64,000 bases of DNA. Source: Bacteroidota bacterium. GTDB lineage: Bacteria > Bacteroidota > Bacteroidia > AKYH767-A > OLB10. Of this stretch, positions 19,770 through 28,962 are shown piece by piece. The notes beneath the pieces are model-generated. The model made no database searches, was not told the origin of the DNA, and was given only the letters and a program-made list of their open reading frames with translations. Location of the stretch: positions 25,104 to 89,103 of the forward strand of contig JAHEYP010000011.1 in assembly GCA_023251535.1 (NCBI GenBank), written 5' to 3'. Numbering within the stretch: position 1 is the first letter of the stretch; every line of letters starts with the position of its first letter. The translations under genes were made by a program, and so were the position numbers.

Positions 19770-20489
19770 TTAGTCTTTAACACATCTTATACTAAATCCG
19801 TATCCTTTATAAGTGTGTGATCGATAAACATCAGGGTTTTTATAATCGAGGTGACGAAACCAAGCCTCGTTATTTTGAGCATCATCAGTTGACGTCCACC
19901 AAAAACCGGTAGCGAATAATCCAGGATTACCATAAGTACCATCAGGCAAACGACAACTTCCTGCTAGAGCAGTAAAACCGCTCTCATTTGTAGGCCAAAG
20001 GTCTCCAAATCTTGTCCAACCTTGACCACCTTCGATTTTCATTTTTAATCCTTCATCACTCCCTCTCCAACCTGCATTAGAAGCTGAAGTTGCATTCATT
20101 CCTAAAGCTTGCTCTAATTGTTTCCACTCATCATCTGTAGGAATATGCCATCCTGACGGCGCAATTTTCTTTGGATTTGTTACTACATACCAATTATAAA
20201 GTAAACCCGGAGCAGAAGCATTACTATTATATTTACAAAACAAAGGAACAGAATCATTCCAATCAGCGTCATTTTGAGCCTGTTCAATTGGAGTACCATC
20301 GTTATAGGTTTTAACATTCAGATTTTCTGCCATCCACCATTTATCGCCAATCTTAATTGTTCTATACGTGTTACCATCAATATCTACAACAGTACTTGTT
20401 TCATGGACAACTGCTTTTTCTTCTTCCTTTGTACAAGAAACAAGAATGAAGAAACACAAAACGGCAATTAATTTAAAATAGTTTTTCAT
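19770..20489 (-). CDS. Lipoprotein with FISUMP (Fibrobacter succinogenes major paralogous, TIGR02145) domain
   Basis: Lipobox 'LVSCTKEE'; 'DIDGNTYRTIKIGDKWWMAENL', 'LLYNWY', 'PSGWHIPTDDEW', 'GFSIRCVKD' are the hallmark FISUMP motifs. Confidence 0.8.
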   Translation of the reverse strand: MKNYFKLIAVLCFFILVSCTKEEEKAVVHETSTVVDIDGNTYRTIKIGDKWWMAENLNVKTYNDGTPIEQAQNDADWNDSVPLFCKYNSNASAPGLLYNWYVVTNPKKIAPSGWHIPTDDEWKQLEQALGMNATSASNAGWRGSDEGLKMKIEGGQGWTRFGDLWPTNESGFTALAGSCRLPDGTYGNPGLFATGFWWTSTDDAQNNEAWFRHLDYKNPDVYRSHTYKGYGFSIRCVKD

Positions 20490-20521
20490 AATTCAAATTT
20501 TGATTTCGTAAATACAACGAC

Positions 20522-21844
20522 CTACTGCTTTATCATTGTTCTATTGTAAATTTCACTCTCTGAAATTGCTTTCAACATATAAACACCGGTTTCGAGATTT
20601 TGAAGGTTCAGATTAAAATTATCTTGACCTACCAATTCAATCTGTTTCACCAATACAAGAATTCCAAATTGATTGAATAATTCTACTTTCATAACTTTGG
20701 ATTTATCTCCTTTGATTAGAACATTAATATTATCTGAAGTCGGATTTGGATACACTTGGAATTCACGATTTCCTGAACTTAACGAAGGACATACTACATC
20801 TAAATTTCTGTCATTGCAAAGTCCAGGATAACAGCACATTTCCTGAACATTAAAATTTGCATCCGGATCATAGTTACAAGCTTGTTGATCCATACATCCT
20901 AATTTTATTTTAGTTAAGCAAGCTGATGAGTCACTGCAAGCAAATTGATTGCTATATTCTAAATAAAATGGATCTGTACAACCACACGAAGCTGGATATT
21001 TCAAAAATGGCGAAACGCGTTCTGTCACTACTATTTGATTTTGAATATAACTTGTATCCTTTCCATCAGCAACATATCTTATCAAATTCCCAGAAGAATC
21101 TTTCACTTCTAAGTTAATTTCAAAATTAATGTCACCTATTGTTGTTAATTGCGCAACTAAAATTCTATTCAATGAATCAAATCCAAAAGCACCAGAACAT
21201 TGTAACATCGCATTATTGCTTTCGAAATACGATTTCGTATTATCGCCGAAAATACTAGTATCTGTTGAAGACAATAAAGGTAAATCTCCAGAAGGTAAAT
21301 AATTTGTAGGAATAGCTGCTACTTGAACTAAACCATCTTTGTCGGTTACAGGTATTCCCGCAACAGAGCTAGTATTACTAATTAATCCCGGGCTAATTCC
21401 TTCACTGCCTCCATCATTATAGATGCCTCCAACAATCGAGCTATCAGGATCACCAGCTTTAAGAATTCCTAAATGTTTCTTAGATGCAGCACCTAAAGAA
21501 ATCCAGCTATCAAGAGCTACGGTATTCTTACTCAACTTTGTATTATCAATATCATATCCGTAGCTTTTACCTCTGTCTGTATTGTTAAAAAAGACATTAG
21601 TACTAAAGAATTTAAGTTTATGCAACGAGTCCCCGTAAATTTTAGTGATAGAACTTCCTTGTGCCAAATCCACAAATACACGATAAGTTATTGATCCCAT
21701 AGGTAAGAATCCACCATCTGTATCTGCTGAATCATTTGCATCGGAATAATAATATTTCTCTACAATAACATTTTCTACCTGGCTATAGCCTTTTGTAACG
21801 ATTAGTGTAGAAAGCATTACCAATAATGCTAGTATATATTTCAT
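20522..21844 (-). CDS. Paralogue of the secreted N-domain family, with a Cys-rich insert and T9SS CTD
   Basis: 440 aa. 'VENVIVEKYYYSDANDS', 'TYRVFVDL', 'KNTVALDSWISLGA', 'ILVAQLTTIGDINFEINLEV'. Cys-rich 'CGCTDPFYLEYSNQFACSDSSAC...GCMDQQACNYDPDANFNVQEMCCYPGLCN'. CTD 'FQVYPNPTSDNINVLI...GVYMLKAISESE'. Confidence 0.65.
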   Translation of the reverse strand: MKYILALLVMLSTLIVTKGYSQVENVIVEKYYYSDANDSADTDGGFLPMGSITYRVFVDLAQGSSITKIYGDSLHKLKFFSTNVFFNNTDRGKSYGYDIDNTKLSKNTVALDSWISLGAASKKHLGILKAGDPDSSIVGGIYNDGGSEGISPGLISNTSSVAGIPVTDKDGLVQVAAIPTNYLPSGDLPLLSSTDTSIFGDNTKSYFESNNAMLQCSGAFGFDSLNRILVAQLTTIGDINFEINLEVKDSSGNLIRYVADGKDTSYIQNQIVVTERVSPFLKYPASCGCTDPFYLEYSNQFACSDSSACLTKIKLGCMDQQACNYDPDANFNVQEMCCYPGLCNDRNLDVVCPSLSSGNREFQVYPNPTSDNINVLIKGDKSKVMKVELFNQFGILVLVKQIELVGQDNFNLNLQNLETGVYMLKAISESEIYNRTMIKQ

Positions 21845-21848
21845 TTTT

Positions 21849-24800
21849 TTACAGTTTGTAATTTAAACTTAAAATGTAGTTTGTCCCGTAGGTATATTTA
21901 TCGTAATCTAAGGTATATCCTTCGTCATAATTGTACGAACGTCGTACCGGAGTATTTAAAATATCTTTTACAGTAAAGGATACGCCAAAGTGGGATCCCA
22001 ATTTCTTAGAAATCTTAACATCAAATATATTTCTAGAAAGTTCATAAATATCTGGCACTTCTTTTACATCAGCAGCAACTACTAACCTTGGACCTTGCAC
22101 ATTGTAAGTCAACGATACATTTAAACCTATGCTATCAGCAGTGTAGGATAATATTCCGTTAATTACATATGGAGCTTGACCAAACATAGGCCGAGTAATT
22201 GTATCCTGCGGAATAAATGTTTTAACTCCGCCAGTAACTTCCATTCTTGTTCTGACGAATTCAGTTTCAGATTTAGCTAAAGTCACATTAGCTCTAAATT
22301 CGAAATGTTCGTTGAGTTTCTTTCTTCCTTCTAGTTCAATTCCCATTACTTTCGATTTGTCGACATTTTGCCAACTTATACCTGCTGAATTCACCAATTC
22401 GATATGGTTCTTGAAGTCTTTATAAAACACGCTAAACGAAAGATTGTCGCCCGATTTAAAATAATTCTCAAGTCTTAAATCGTAATTTTTAATTTTCACC
22501 ATTTTCAGGTCTGAATTACCAAAAACAAAAGCGCGGTATTCATAATCGTATGCTGCTACATCTGATAACTCACGAATGCTTGGTCGAGCTACAGACCAAC
22601 TGTAATTCAATCGCACATTTAAAGGAGCATCTTCATCAAAACGCAATTTATATACAAGATTAACACTAGGGAGGATACTTAATTCATCCAATTTACCGGG
22701 ATTAGCTGCGGGGAATCCCTCTTTATAATCGCGACGAGGATCGTTAGCAGGTAAATTCAAGGAATCAAACTTCACAACATCTGTGTAAATTTTTGCTTGT
22801 TCAACTCTTACTCCACCTGAAGCACGCAGTCGTTCAGTGATTGAATAATCACTCATCACATATCCTGCATAAATATTGCTTCTTCCAAAAGTATGGTTAG
22901 CCGGACTTACATCATTTGTATAATAATGTTGGAATGTAGAAGAAGTAACACCATCAATCGATGTTGAAGTTTGAATGTCGAATGTATTGAAATTAAAATA
23001 TTCGTTCAAATCTTCGTTAGTTAAAACTTTCGCTGCCGGTCCAAAGTTAACCTCGTAATCATATTGATCACTCTCTTTATAATTATAAGTATAGGAACCA
23101 CCTACCTTCAATTTTCGAGGCAAACCGGGTTTGTTTCCTAAAGGAAATTCACCGAATAATCTTGAATCAAATAAATCATCTGATAAGTAGCGATAATATC
23201 TATGTACTCCATCTCCAATGGTACCACCTATTTGATACGTATTCGTTATTGGATCTTTATAGTATTGAACATTTTTAAAATCAGGTGCTGAACTATTTCC
23301 ATCTGTATAAGATGCATTGCCTTCCAACTTTAACTTCAATTTCGGAAAATAATTCTCCGACTTCAATTGATAAATTAATTGACGTCGCTGTTCATAGAAT
23401 TGACTTTTTGTAATAACGTAATTCGCTGGTTCTCTATCATCGATCGAACTTCGCACATTATTTACACCTATATAATTTGGCATAAACATTAAAGAAACGC
23501 TATTATTTTTATCATACTTGTAGGCAACATTTAGTAATGCACTCCAACCATTTGTTTCACGTGTTACGTCCTGCTTTACAGAGCTTGAAACAGTATTCAC
23601 CAAATTACCATTTCCATCATCGGCAATTGCTGCTCTATTTGATGTAGAGCTAGGGTCACTAACAACTGAAGAATTATACTTTAATCCCACGATAAAACCC
23701 AATGGCTTTCCAAATAATTTTGTTTGATTCCCGATTGAAAAACTTTGACTAAAATTCAGTGGCGCCTTCTTTTTAATTGAATTCCAACTATCCGAAAACT
23801 GTGTGCCAGTTGAAGGAACTCCTGCATTCAAAATAGAAAAAGCGTTTGATTTATAAGGACCTTTAACATACTCAAGTTTAGCTGCATTAAATGCATCAAT
23901 GTCATTAATTTGTCCAGGAGCTAGCAGCCCGAGTTGAATTAACCCCAATTTATAATAGGTATCATTCCAAGGAGTATTTCCATTTACGCCAAGTGAAGAA
24001 TAATAATCTCCTAAACCTAATGCAACAAATTCTTGGTAAGTACTTGGAGTAATAATTGCTGAATTAAAGTTACTATGATCAACATCTCTTAATCCATTAT
24101 CATATCCCAACCAATCTGAAGAACTATGATCGGAAGAAAGTATATCTTTAAAAGTTGACTGACTATTATAGCCGAGCGATGATTCGATATTTACACTTAA
24201 TTTCTCGGGATAATCTTTTGTTTCCACCGACAAAAATGCTCCTGCCCAATCACCCGGAATATCAGGACTAGCGGTCTTAGTAATAAACACATTATCGATC
24301 AGACTTGAAGGGAATAAATCAAGTTTAATATTATTTGTAAAAGGATCAAGAGTTGGAATAATTGATCCATTTAAAGAAGTCTTAACATATCTATCTCCAA
24401 TTCCTCTCACAGTTATAAAACCTCCATTCGTTGATACTCCCGAAACTCTAGATACTGCTGCAACGACACTGGCATCTCCTGTTTTCTTCATAGTTTCAGA
24501 GGAAACATAATCGATTGTAGTCGCGGCATTTTTCTTTACCATTTCAGTATAATATTCCTTCCCCTTAACAGCTTTTGCTGCAACTTCCACTTGTTTAAAT
24601 TCCATTGCGGAAGATTCCATTACCACATCCTTATCAACAACTTTTCCGTTGACAGGATTAACTGTTACCTCAACAGATTTATAACTTACATAAGAAAAAA
24701 CTAATACTTGTTCACCCGGAGTTTTTATATCAATTGAATAATTTCCATCAAAATCAGTACTGGTACCTACTGCGTGATTACTCTTTAACATAATAGTTAC

Positions 24801-24914
24801 ACCAATAAGCGTTTCGCCTGACTTATCGATTACTTTTCCACGAACAATTCCTTGACCAAAAGAGGTTAAGGATGAAAATAAAACTATTATAACTAATGTA
24901 ATGAGCCTTTTCAT
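21849..24914 (-). CDS. TonB-dependent outer-membrane receptor with N-terminal CarboxypepD_reg-like domain
   Basis: 1021 aa. Signal peptide; 'GIVRGKVIDKSGETLIGVTIMLK...TDFDGNYSI' (CarboxypepD_reg); plug 'DYVSSETMKKTGDASVVAAVSRVSGVSTNGGFITVRGIGDRY'; long beta-barrel-like remainder. Not obviously SusC/RagA type, and no SusD gene nearby. Confidence 0.75.
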   Translation of the reverse strand: MKRLITLVIIVLFSSLTSFGQGIVRGKVIDKSGETLIGVTIMLKSNHAVGTSTDFDGNYSIDIKTPGEQVLVFSYVSYKSVEVTVNPVNGKVVDKDVVMESSAMEFKQVEVAAKAVKGKEYYTEMVKKNAATTIDYVSSETMKKTGDASVVAAVSRVSGVSTNGGFITVRGIGDRYVKTSLNGSIIPTLDPFTNNIKLDLFPSSLIDNVFITKTASPDIPGDWAGAFLSVETKDYPEKLSVNIESSLGYNSQSTFKDILSSDHSSSDWLGYDNGLRDVDHSNFNSAIITPSTYQEFVALGLGDYYSSLGVNGNTPWNDTYYKLGLIQLGLLAPGQINDIDAFNAAKLEYVKGPYKSNAFSILNAGVPSTGTQFSDSWNSIKKKAPLNFSQSFSIGNQTKLFGKPLGFIVGLKYNSSVVSDPSSTSNRAAIADDGNGNLVNTVSSSVKQDVTRETNGWSALLNVAYKYDKNNSVSLMFMPNYIGVNNVRSSIDDREPANYVITKSQFYEQRRQLIYQLKSENYFPKLKLKLEGNASYTDGNSSAPDFKNVQYYKDPITNTYQIGGTIGDGVHRYYRYLSDDLFDSRLFGEFPLGNKPGLPRKLKVGGSYTYNYKESDQYDYEVNFGPAAKVLTNEDLNEYFNFNTFDIQTSTSIDGVTSSTFQHYYTNDVSPANHTFGRSNIYAGYVMSDYSITERLRASGGVRVEQAKIYTDVVKFDSLNLPANDPRRDYKEGFPAANPGKLDELSILPSVNLVYKLRFDEDAPLNVRLNYSWSVARPSIRELSDVAAYDYEYRAFVFGNSDLKMVKIKNYDLRLENYFKSGDNLSFSVFYKDFKNHIELVNSAGISWQNVDKSKVMGIELEGRKKLNEHFEFRANVTLAKSETEFVRTRMEVTGGVKTFIPQDTITRPMFGQAPYVINGILSYTADSIGLNVSLTYNVQGPRLVVAADVKEVPDIYELSRNIFDVKISKKLGSHFGVSFTVKDILNTPVRRSYNYDEGYTLDYDKYTYGTNYILSLNYKL

Positions 24915-24981
24915 TTTCTACTTATATAAGCAAAACGAGGAACTTGTACTTGTTGTACAAATTCCTCGTTATCTTTCTGAA

Positions 24982-26067
24982 TTACTTCTTAACTAATTTT
25001 TGAGTTGATTGAACTCCATCAACATTTGCAACAACTAAATATAGTCCACTAGAAAGAGACGATATATCCATTTGTTCATTGATATTTCCGGAAACAAAAC
25101 CTATATTCTTTTGTACTAAAACCTTTCCTGTTAAATCAACAACTTTATAAGATACTTCAGCGTTATTTAAATTACTTAATCGTAGATAAGAATAGTCAGT
25201 AGCAGGATTTGGATAGATACTTACATTCGCATTTTTAGCGCTATGTGATTGAACTCCTACAGTCGACGAATAAGTCAAACTTGCCATTTGAATTTCAGTT
25301 CCTACAGGTGTATCAGCAACATAATTTTCAACTCCACCAGTTGGGGTTCCAATTTGAATGTTCAACTTAAAAGAAAGTGTACCATCAGTTGTAATTTGAG
25401 CAATTAATACTTTGTTATCAATAGGATCAGGTCCGAAAGATCCGTTTAATGATGCCCATGAACCATTATATGTCGAGAAAACTGGTCCATTCGTTCCATC
25501 ATTTTGGTTATCGAATACCGTTATTTCATTTGAAATTCCTACTGCAGTTACCGGTTCAGGAGTTCCAGCAATAAAACCATCTTGTACAGTTAAAGGAATG
25601 CCTGCTGCAGGATCATTGTTTTGCAAAACCATAGGACTGTAATTATTTATTACATTAGCATTGCCATCATCATAAATTTTCATGATTCCATACTGGCCAT
25701 TGCATGCAGCACCCACTGACAACCAAGAATCAAGCATTACTGTATTTTTAGCAGCTTGAACTTTAGTAAATGTTGGAGAAGTAGCACCTCTATCTTCGTT
25801 ATTCCAAAACAACGTAGTAGTTTCAATTCTTAATTCATGGTCTGGAACACCATAAGCTGCTTGAAATTTATATCCTTGAAGCATGTCGGCGTAAATCCTA
25901 TAAGTAACAGATCCAACTGGTAAAATTCCTCCATCAGGATCAGCATTAGAATCATTTGCGTCCGAAACATAGTACTTTTCAACGATTACATTTTCTAAGC
26001 CATTCTGTGCATTCGTTGCACAGTTTATTAAAGTTAGTAAACTAACGAGCAAGTAGATTTTTTTCAT
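24982..26067 (-). CDS. Paralogue of the secreted N-domain family with T9SS CTD
   Basis: 361 aa. 'GLENVIVEKYYVSDANDS', 'TYRIYADM', 'KNTVMLDSWLSVGA', 'NGSWASLNGSFGPD', 'VLIAQITTDGTLSFKLNIQIGTPTGGVENYVA'. CTD 'VSIYPNPATDYSYLRL...GLYLVVANVDGVQSTQKLVKK'. Confidence 0.65.
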   Translation of the reverse strand: MKKIYLLVSLLTLINCATNAQNGLENVIVEKYYVSDANDSNADPDGGILPVGSVTYRIYADMLQGYKFQAAYGVPDHELRIETTTLFWNNEDRGATSPTFTKVQAAKNTVMLDSWLSVGAACNGQYGIMKIYDDGNANVINNYSPMVLQNNDPAAGIPLTVQDGFIAGTPEPVTAVGISNEITVFDNQNDGTNGPVFSTYNGSWASLNGSFGPDPIDNKVLIAQITTDGTLSFKLNIQIGTPTGGVENYVADTPVGTEIQMASLTYSSTVGVQSHSAKNANVSIYPNPATDYSYLRLSNLNNAEVSYKVVDLTGKVLVQKNIGFVSGNINEQMDISSLSSGLYLVVANVDGVQSTQKLVKK

Positions 26068-26255
26068 TTCAATAAAGAGTTTCTGTTTTACAGTTTTAAT
26101 TGCTCGTCAAAATTGAGCATTGATCTTTATTGAAAATCGACTAAACCATTACGTTTGAGTTAAGCGGTATTTATTAAAACATTATCGCAAAACAATTCGT
26201 TAACATTGTATCAACATTGATTGAGGAAATGGAGTTGCTCTTAACTTCAAAAATA

Positions 26256-27341
26256 CTATTTGGTAACTTCCAAAATAATTGAATCGGAAGTCTTAACAGC
26301 ACCTTTATCATCGTAAGCTATCGCATGTACTTCCATTTCACCTTCTTTAACTGCTTTCCAACTCATAGTATAAGGGGCAGAAAATTTCTCTGATATTTTT
26401 ATATCATTAACATAAAAAGAAACTTTCCTTATAGATCCATCTTGATCCAATGCATTTGCAGCAATCGTTATATTATCATCAACCTTAACATTACCTTTAC
26501 TCGGTTTGATGTTTAATGAAATTTCAGGCAGAACATTTTTTAGCTGAGGATAAATCAATGAAGGAATTTGGAATTCCGCGCCGTTTGGATTTCTTGCTAC
26601 ATAATTTTCAGTTCCACCAAGTGGTGTGCCTAATTGCATATTCAACTCAAATGAAAGCTGGCCGTTTGTAGTAAGTTGAGCAATAAGTACAAAATTGGAA
26701 GTATCGGGTCCAAAGGCTCCTCCAAAAGAAGCCCAAGATCCATTTTCAGTAATAAATTCCTCTCCTTGTTTTAGTGAGTTTGTATGTCCAAACATCGATA
26801 AAGAAGTAGAATCCAATCCAAAAACCGTTACTACACGTTGAGGAGTCGCCGCTTTAAGCCCATCTAATCTTTTAATTGGGACTCCGGCGTCAGGATTAGT
26901 ACTTTGCAAAATACTATCAATATTTTTGATCGTATTAAATTCAACATCTCTCGACTTTAACACTGCTGTATGACCATCTGAGCCCGCCCCAACAGATATC
27001 CAGCTATCAAGCATTACTGTATTATTCGATAAAAGTTTTGGTTCAATTTCATTTGCATAAAATCCACCTGCGAATTCGTTATTAAAAAAGTAGGTGGTAG
27101 ATCCTATTTTAAGAGGATGTCCTTCAATCCCATATATTGCTTGTAAACTATATCCTGGTTTCATATCAAGCCAAATACGATAAGTAGTTGAATTCGGAGG
27201 TAAATATCCTCCGGTTTGAACCTTTGAATCGGCAGTATCCGAGATATAATATTTCTCGATGAAAATATTTTCTAGCCCCTGCTGAGCCTCGGCACTCACA
27301 AAAATGCAAGTAAGTGCTATAATCGTAAGTATTGTTTTCAT
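26256..27341 (-). CDS. Paralogue of the secreted N-domain family ending in one Big-like Ig domain (no T9SS CTD)
   Basis: 361 aa. 'GLENIFIEKYYISDTADS', 'TYRIWLDM', 'NTVMLDSWISVGA', 'NGSWASFGGAFGPD', 'VLIAQLTTNGQLSFELNMQLGTPLGGTENYVA'. C-terminus 'ALDQDGSIRKVSFYVND...AYDDKGAVKTSDSIILEV' resembles the Big repeats of the 1134-aa protein. Confidence 0.65.
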   Translation of the reverse strand: MKTILTIIALTCIFVSAEAQQGLENIFIEKYYISDTADSKVQTGGYLPPNSTTYRIWLDMKPGYSLQAIYGIEGHPLKIGSTTYFFNNEFAGGFYANEIEPKLLSNNTVMLDSWISVGAGSDGHTAVLKSRDVEFNTIKNIDSILQSTNPDAGVPIKRLDGLKAATPQRVVTVFGLDSTSLSMFGHTNSLKQGEEFITENGSWASFGGAFGPDTSNFVLIAQLTTNGQLSFELNMQLGTPLGGTENYVARNPNGAEFQIPSLIYPQLKNVLPEISLNIKPSKGNVKVDDNITIAANALDQDGSIRKVSFYVNDIKISEKFSAPYTMSWKAVKEGEMEVHAIAYDDKGAVKTSDSIILEVTK

Positions 27342-27595
27342 GATTTGGATACAAAACTAGATTTGTAATTACGATTCCATTTTACCCCAACTTTAAGTTT
27401 ACATCAATAATCCAACTACTACTTTCCCTCATTTAATGGATAATTCGAGAATACCCTTAGCATCAAAATCACCTCTAAAAACAATGATCTTCCTAACAAT
27501 CGATTGTTTACTTAAAAGCAAATATTTTACAGAAGCAAATTGCTTATTGAATTACTTTGCATTTTCTTAACCTTTCCTTTACAGGTAAGCTAAAA

Positions 27596-28948
27596 ATGAT
27601 CAAAAAACTGCTAAATAAATCGGGAGAAGGCGAAAGCGATGGGTCTTTCTTCTTGAAGAAGAGCTTTTTGGCGCTGATTCTCAGGGCCGGAGGGATGCTC
27701 ACGCAGTATATTTTCATTTTTGTGATTGCTCGCCTCTACGGACCAAAAGAGCAAGGAAGCTTTACTCTTTCCTTCACCATTCTACAATTATTTGCCATCT
27801 TTTCGCAGATGGGGCTCGATAATCGACTCACCAGAGTGATTGCTGCCAATAGCGATTCCGAAGGCAAAAACATCGTCCGTTCAACTTATCTGCAGTCACT
27901 TCGATTCACACTTACAGCTGCCGTAATTTGGGCAATACTCACCTATTTGGCTTCACCGTGGTTGGCGTCAGTCTTCTTTAGTAAACCAGAACTTACCGAT
28001 GATTTACGTATGACCTGCCTAGCATTTGTGCCCTTCGTTATTATCGGCTTAAACAGTGCAGGCTTCCGAGGATATAAAAACATGACGGGCTTTATGATCT
28101 TTAGGGCCCTACAACCATTGATCGCAGCAATTCTTCTGCTCATTTTTTATTACGGAAAAATGGAATTGGGTGCTATACAAGCTTATAGTATTACCACCAT
28201 CATCATTTGTATCTTCAGCTTTACTACTTGGTATAAGTTTAGTAAAATCGGTGAAGCCGAAACTATACCAACTCCAAATGCAGGTTCAGTGATGATGGAA
28301 TCGATGCCATTGATGCTTACCGGTTCTATCTTTTTTATTCTTGGATGGACAGACAACATTATTCTGGGAATTTTCAGAACTTCGGAAGAGGTAGGTATTT
28401 ATGATATGGCTTATAAGCTTTCCACTTTATCGGCTATAGTTTTATTAGCAGTAAATGCCATTCAAGCACCAACCTTTGCTCAACTCTATAATAAGGGTGA
28501 AATGAAGCGACTTCAAGGATTCGTTTTTCGCTCTACTAAATTGCTTTTTTTCACCTCACTACCTGTTACTTTAGTGCTTTGCCTTTTCCCTGAATGGATA
28601 TTGGGAATATTTGGACCAGGATTTAAAGCTGCTGCCCTTACACTTATTATCTTATCTATTGGTAACTTTGTAAACAGCATTACCGGCTCTATCGGCATCT
28701 TGCTGCAAATGTCGGGGAAACAGAAAGAATATAATCGAATAATAATGATTGCTGCAGGGGGCAGTATTCTAATGAACTTTATTTTGATTCCGAGAATTGG
28801 AATTGTTGGTGCGGCTATCTCATCAACAGTTGCTAAAATATTTCAGAATCTGGCATCCGTTGCATACGCAAAAAGATCGATGGGAATACTTTCATTGTAT
28901 TTACCGGGAATTGATAAAATATTTAAAGTAAAAGATAAAAATAACTGA
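27596..28948 (+). CDS. MOP-superfamily polysaccharide biosynthesis protein / Wzx-like flippase
   Basis: About 450 aa with more than 10 TM helices, PST-family look. The ORF track starts at a TTG (27557); the ATG at 27596 (MIKKLL...) with an upstream TAnTTTG-like element at 27553..27559 is more plausible. Confidence 0.65.
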   Translation: MIKKLLNKSGEGESDGSFFLKKSFLALILRAGGMLTQYIFIFVIARLYGPKEQGSFTLSFTILQLFAIFSQMGLDNRLTRVIAANSDSEGKNIVRSTYLQSLRFTLTAAVIWAILTYLASPWLASVFFSKPELTDDLRMTCLAFVPFVIIGLNSAGFRGYKNMTGFMIFRALQPLIAAILLLIFYYGKMELGAIQAYSITTIIICIFSFTTWYKFSKIGEAETIPTPNAGSVMMESMPLMLTGSIFFILGWTDNIILGIFRTSEEVGIYDMAYKLSTLSAIVLLAVNAIQAPTFAQLYNKGEMKRLQGFVFRSTKLLFFTSLPVTLVLCLFPEWILGIFGPGFKAAALTLIILSIGNFVNSITGSIGILLQMSGKQKEYNRIIMIAAGGSILMNFILIPRIGIVGAAISSTVAKIFQNLASVAYAKRSMGILSLYLPGIDKIFKVKDKNN

Positions 28949-28962
28949 GCGGAAGAAAAGCG

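Noticed and set aside
26068-26255. Intergenic regions between the T9SS paralogues and the TonB-dependent receptor, checked for regulatory repeats or small RNAs
   Set aside because: Only AT-rich promoter-like sequence. No conserved repeated element was found across the three intergenic regions checked.
27557-27595. TTG start proposed by the ORF track for the flippase (MHFLNLSFTGKLK...)
   Set aside because: The ATG at 27596 (MIKKLL) follows a TAnTTTG-like -7 element and gives a normal N-terminus. The TTG extension adds non-hydrophobic residues with no signal.
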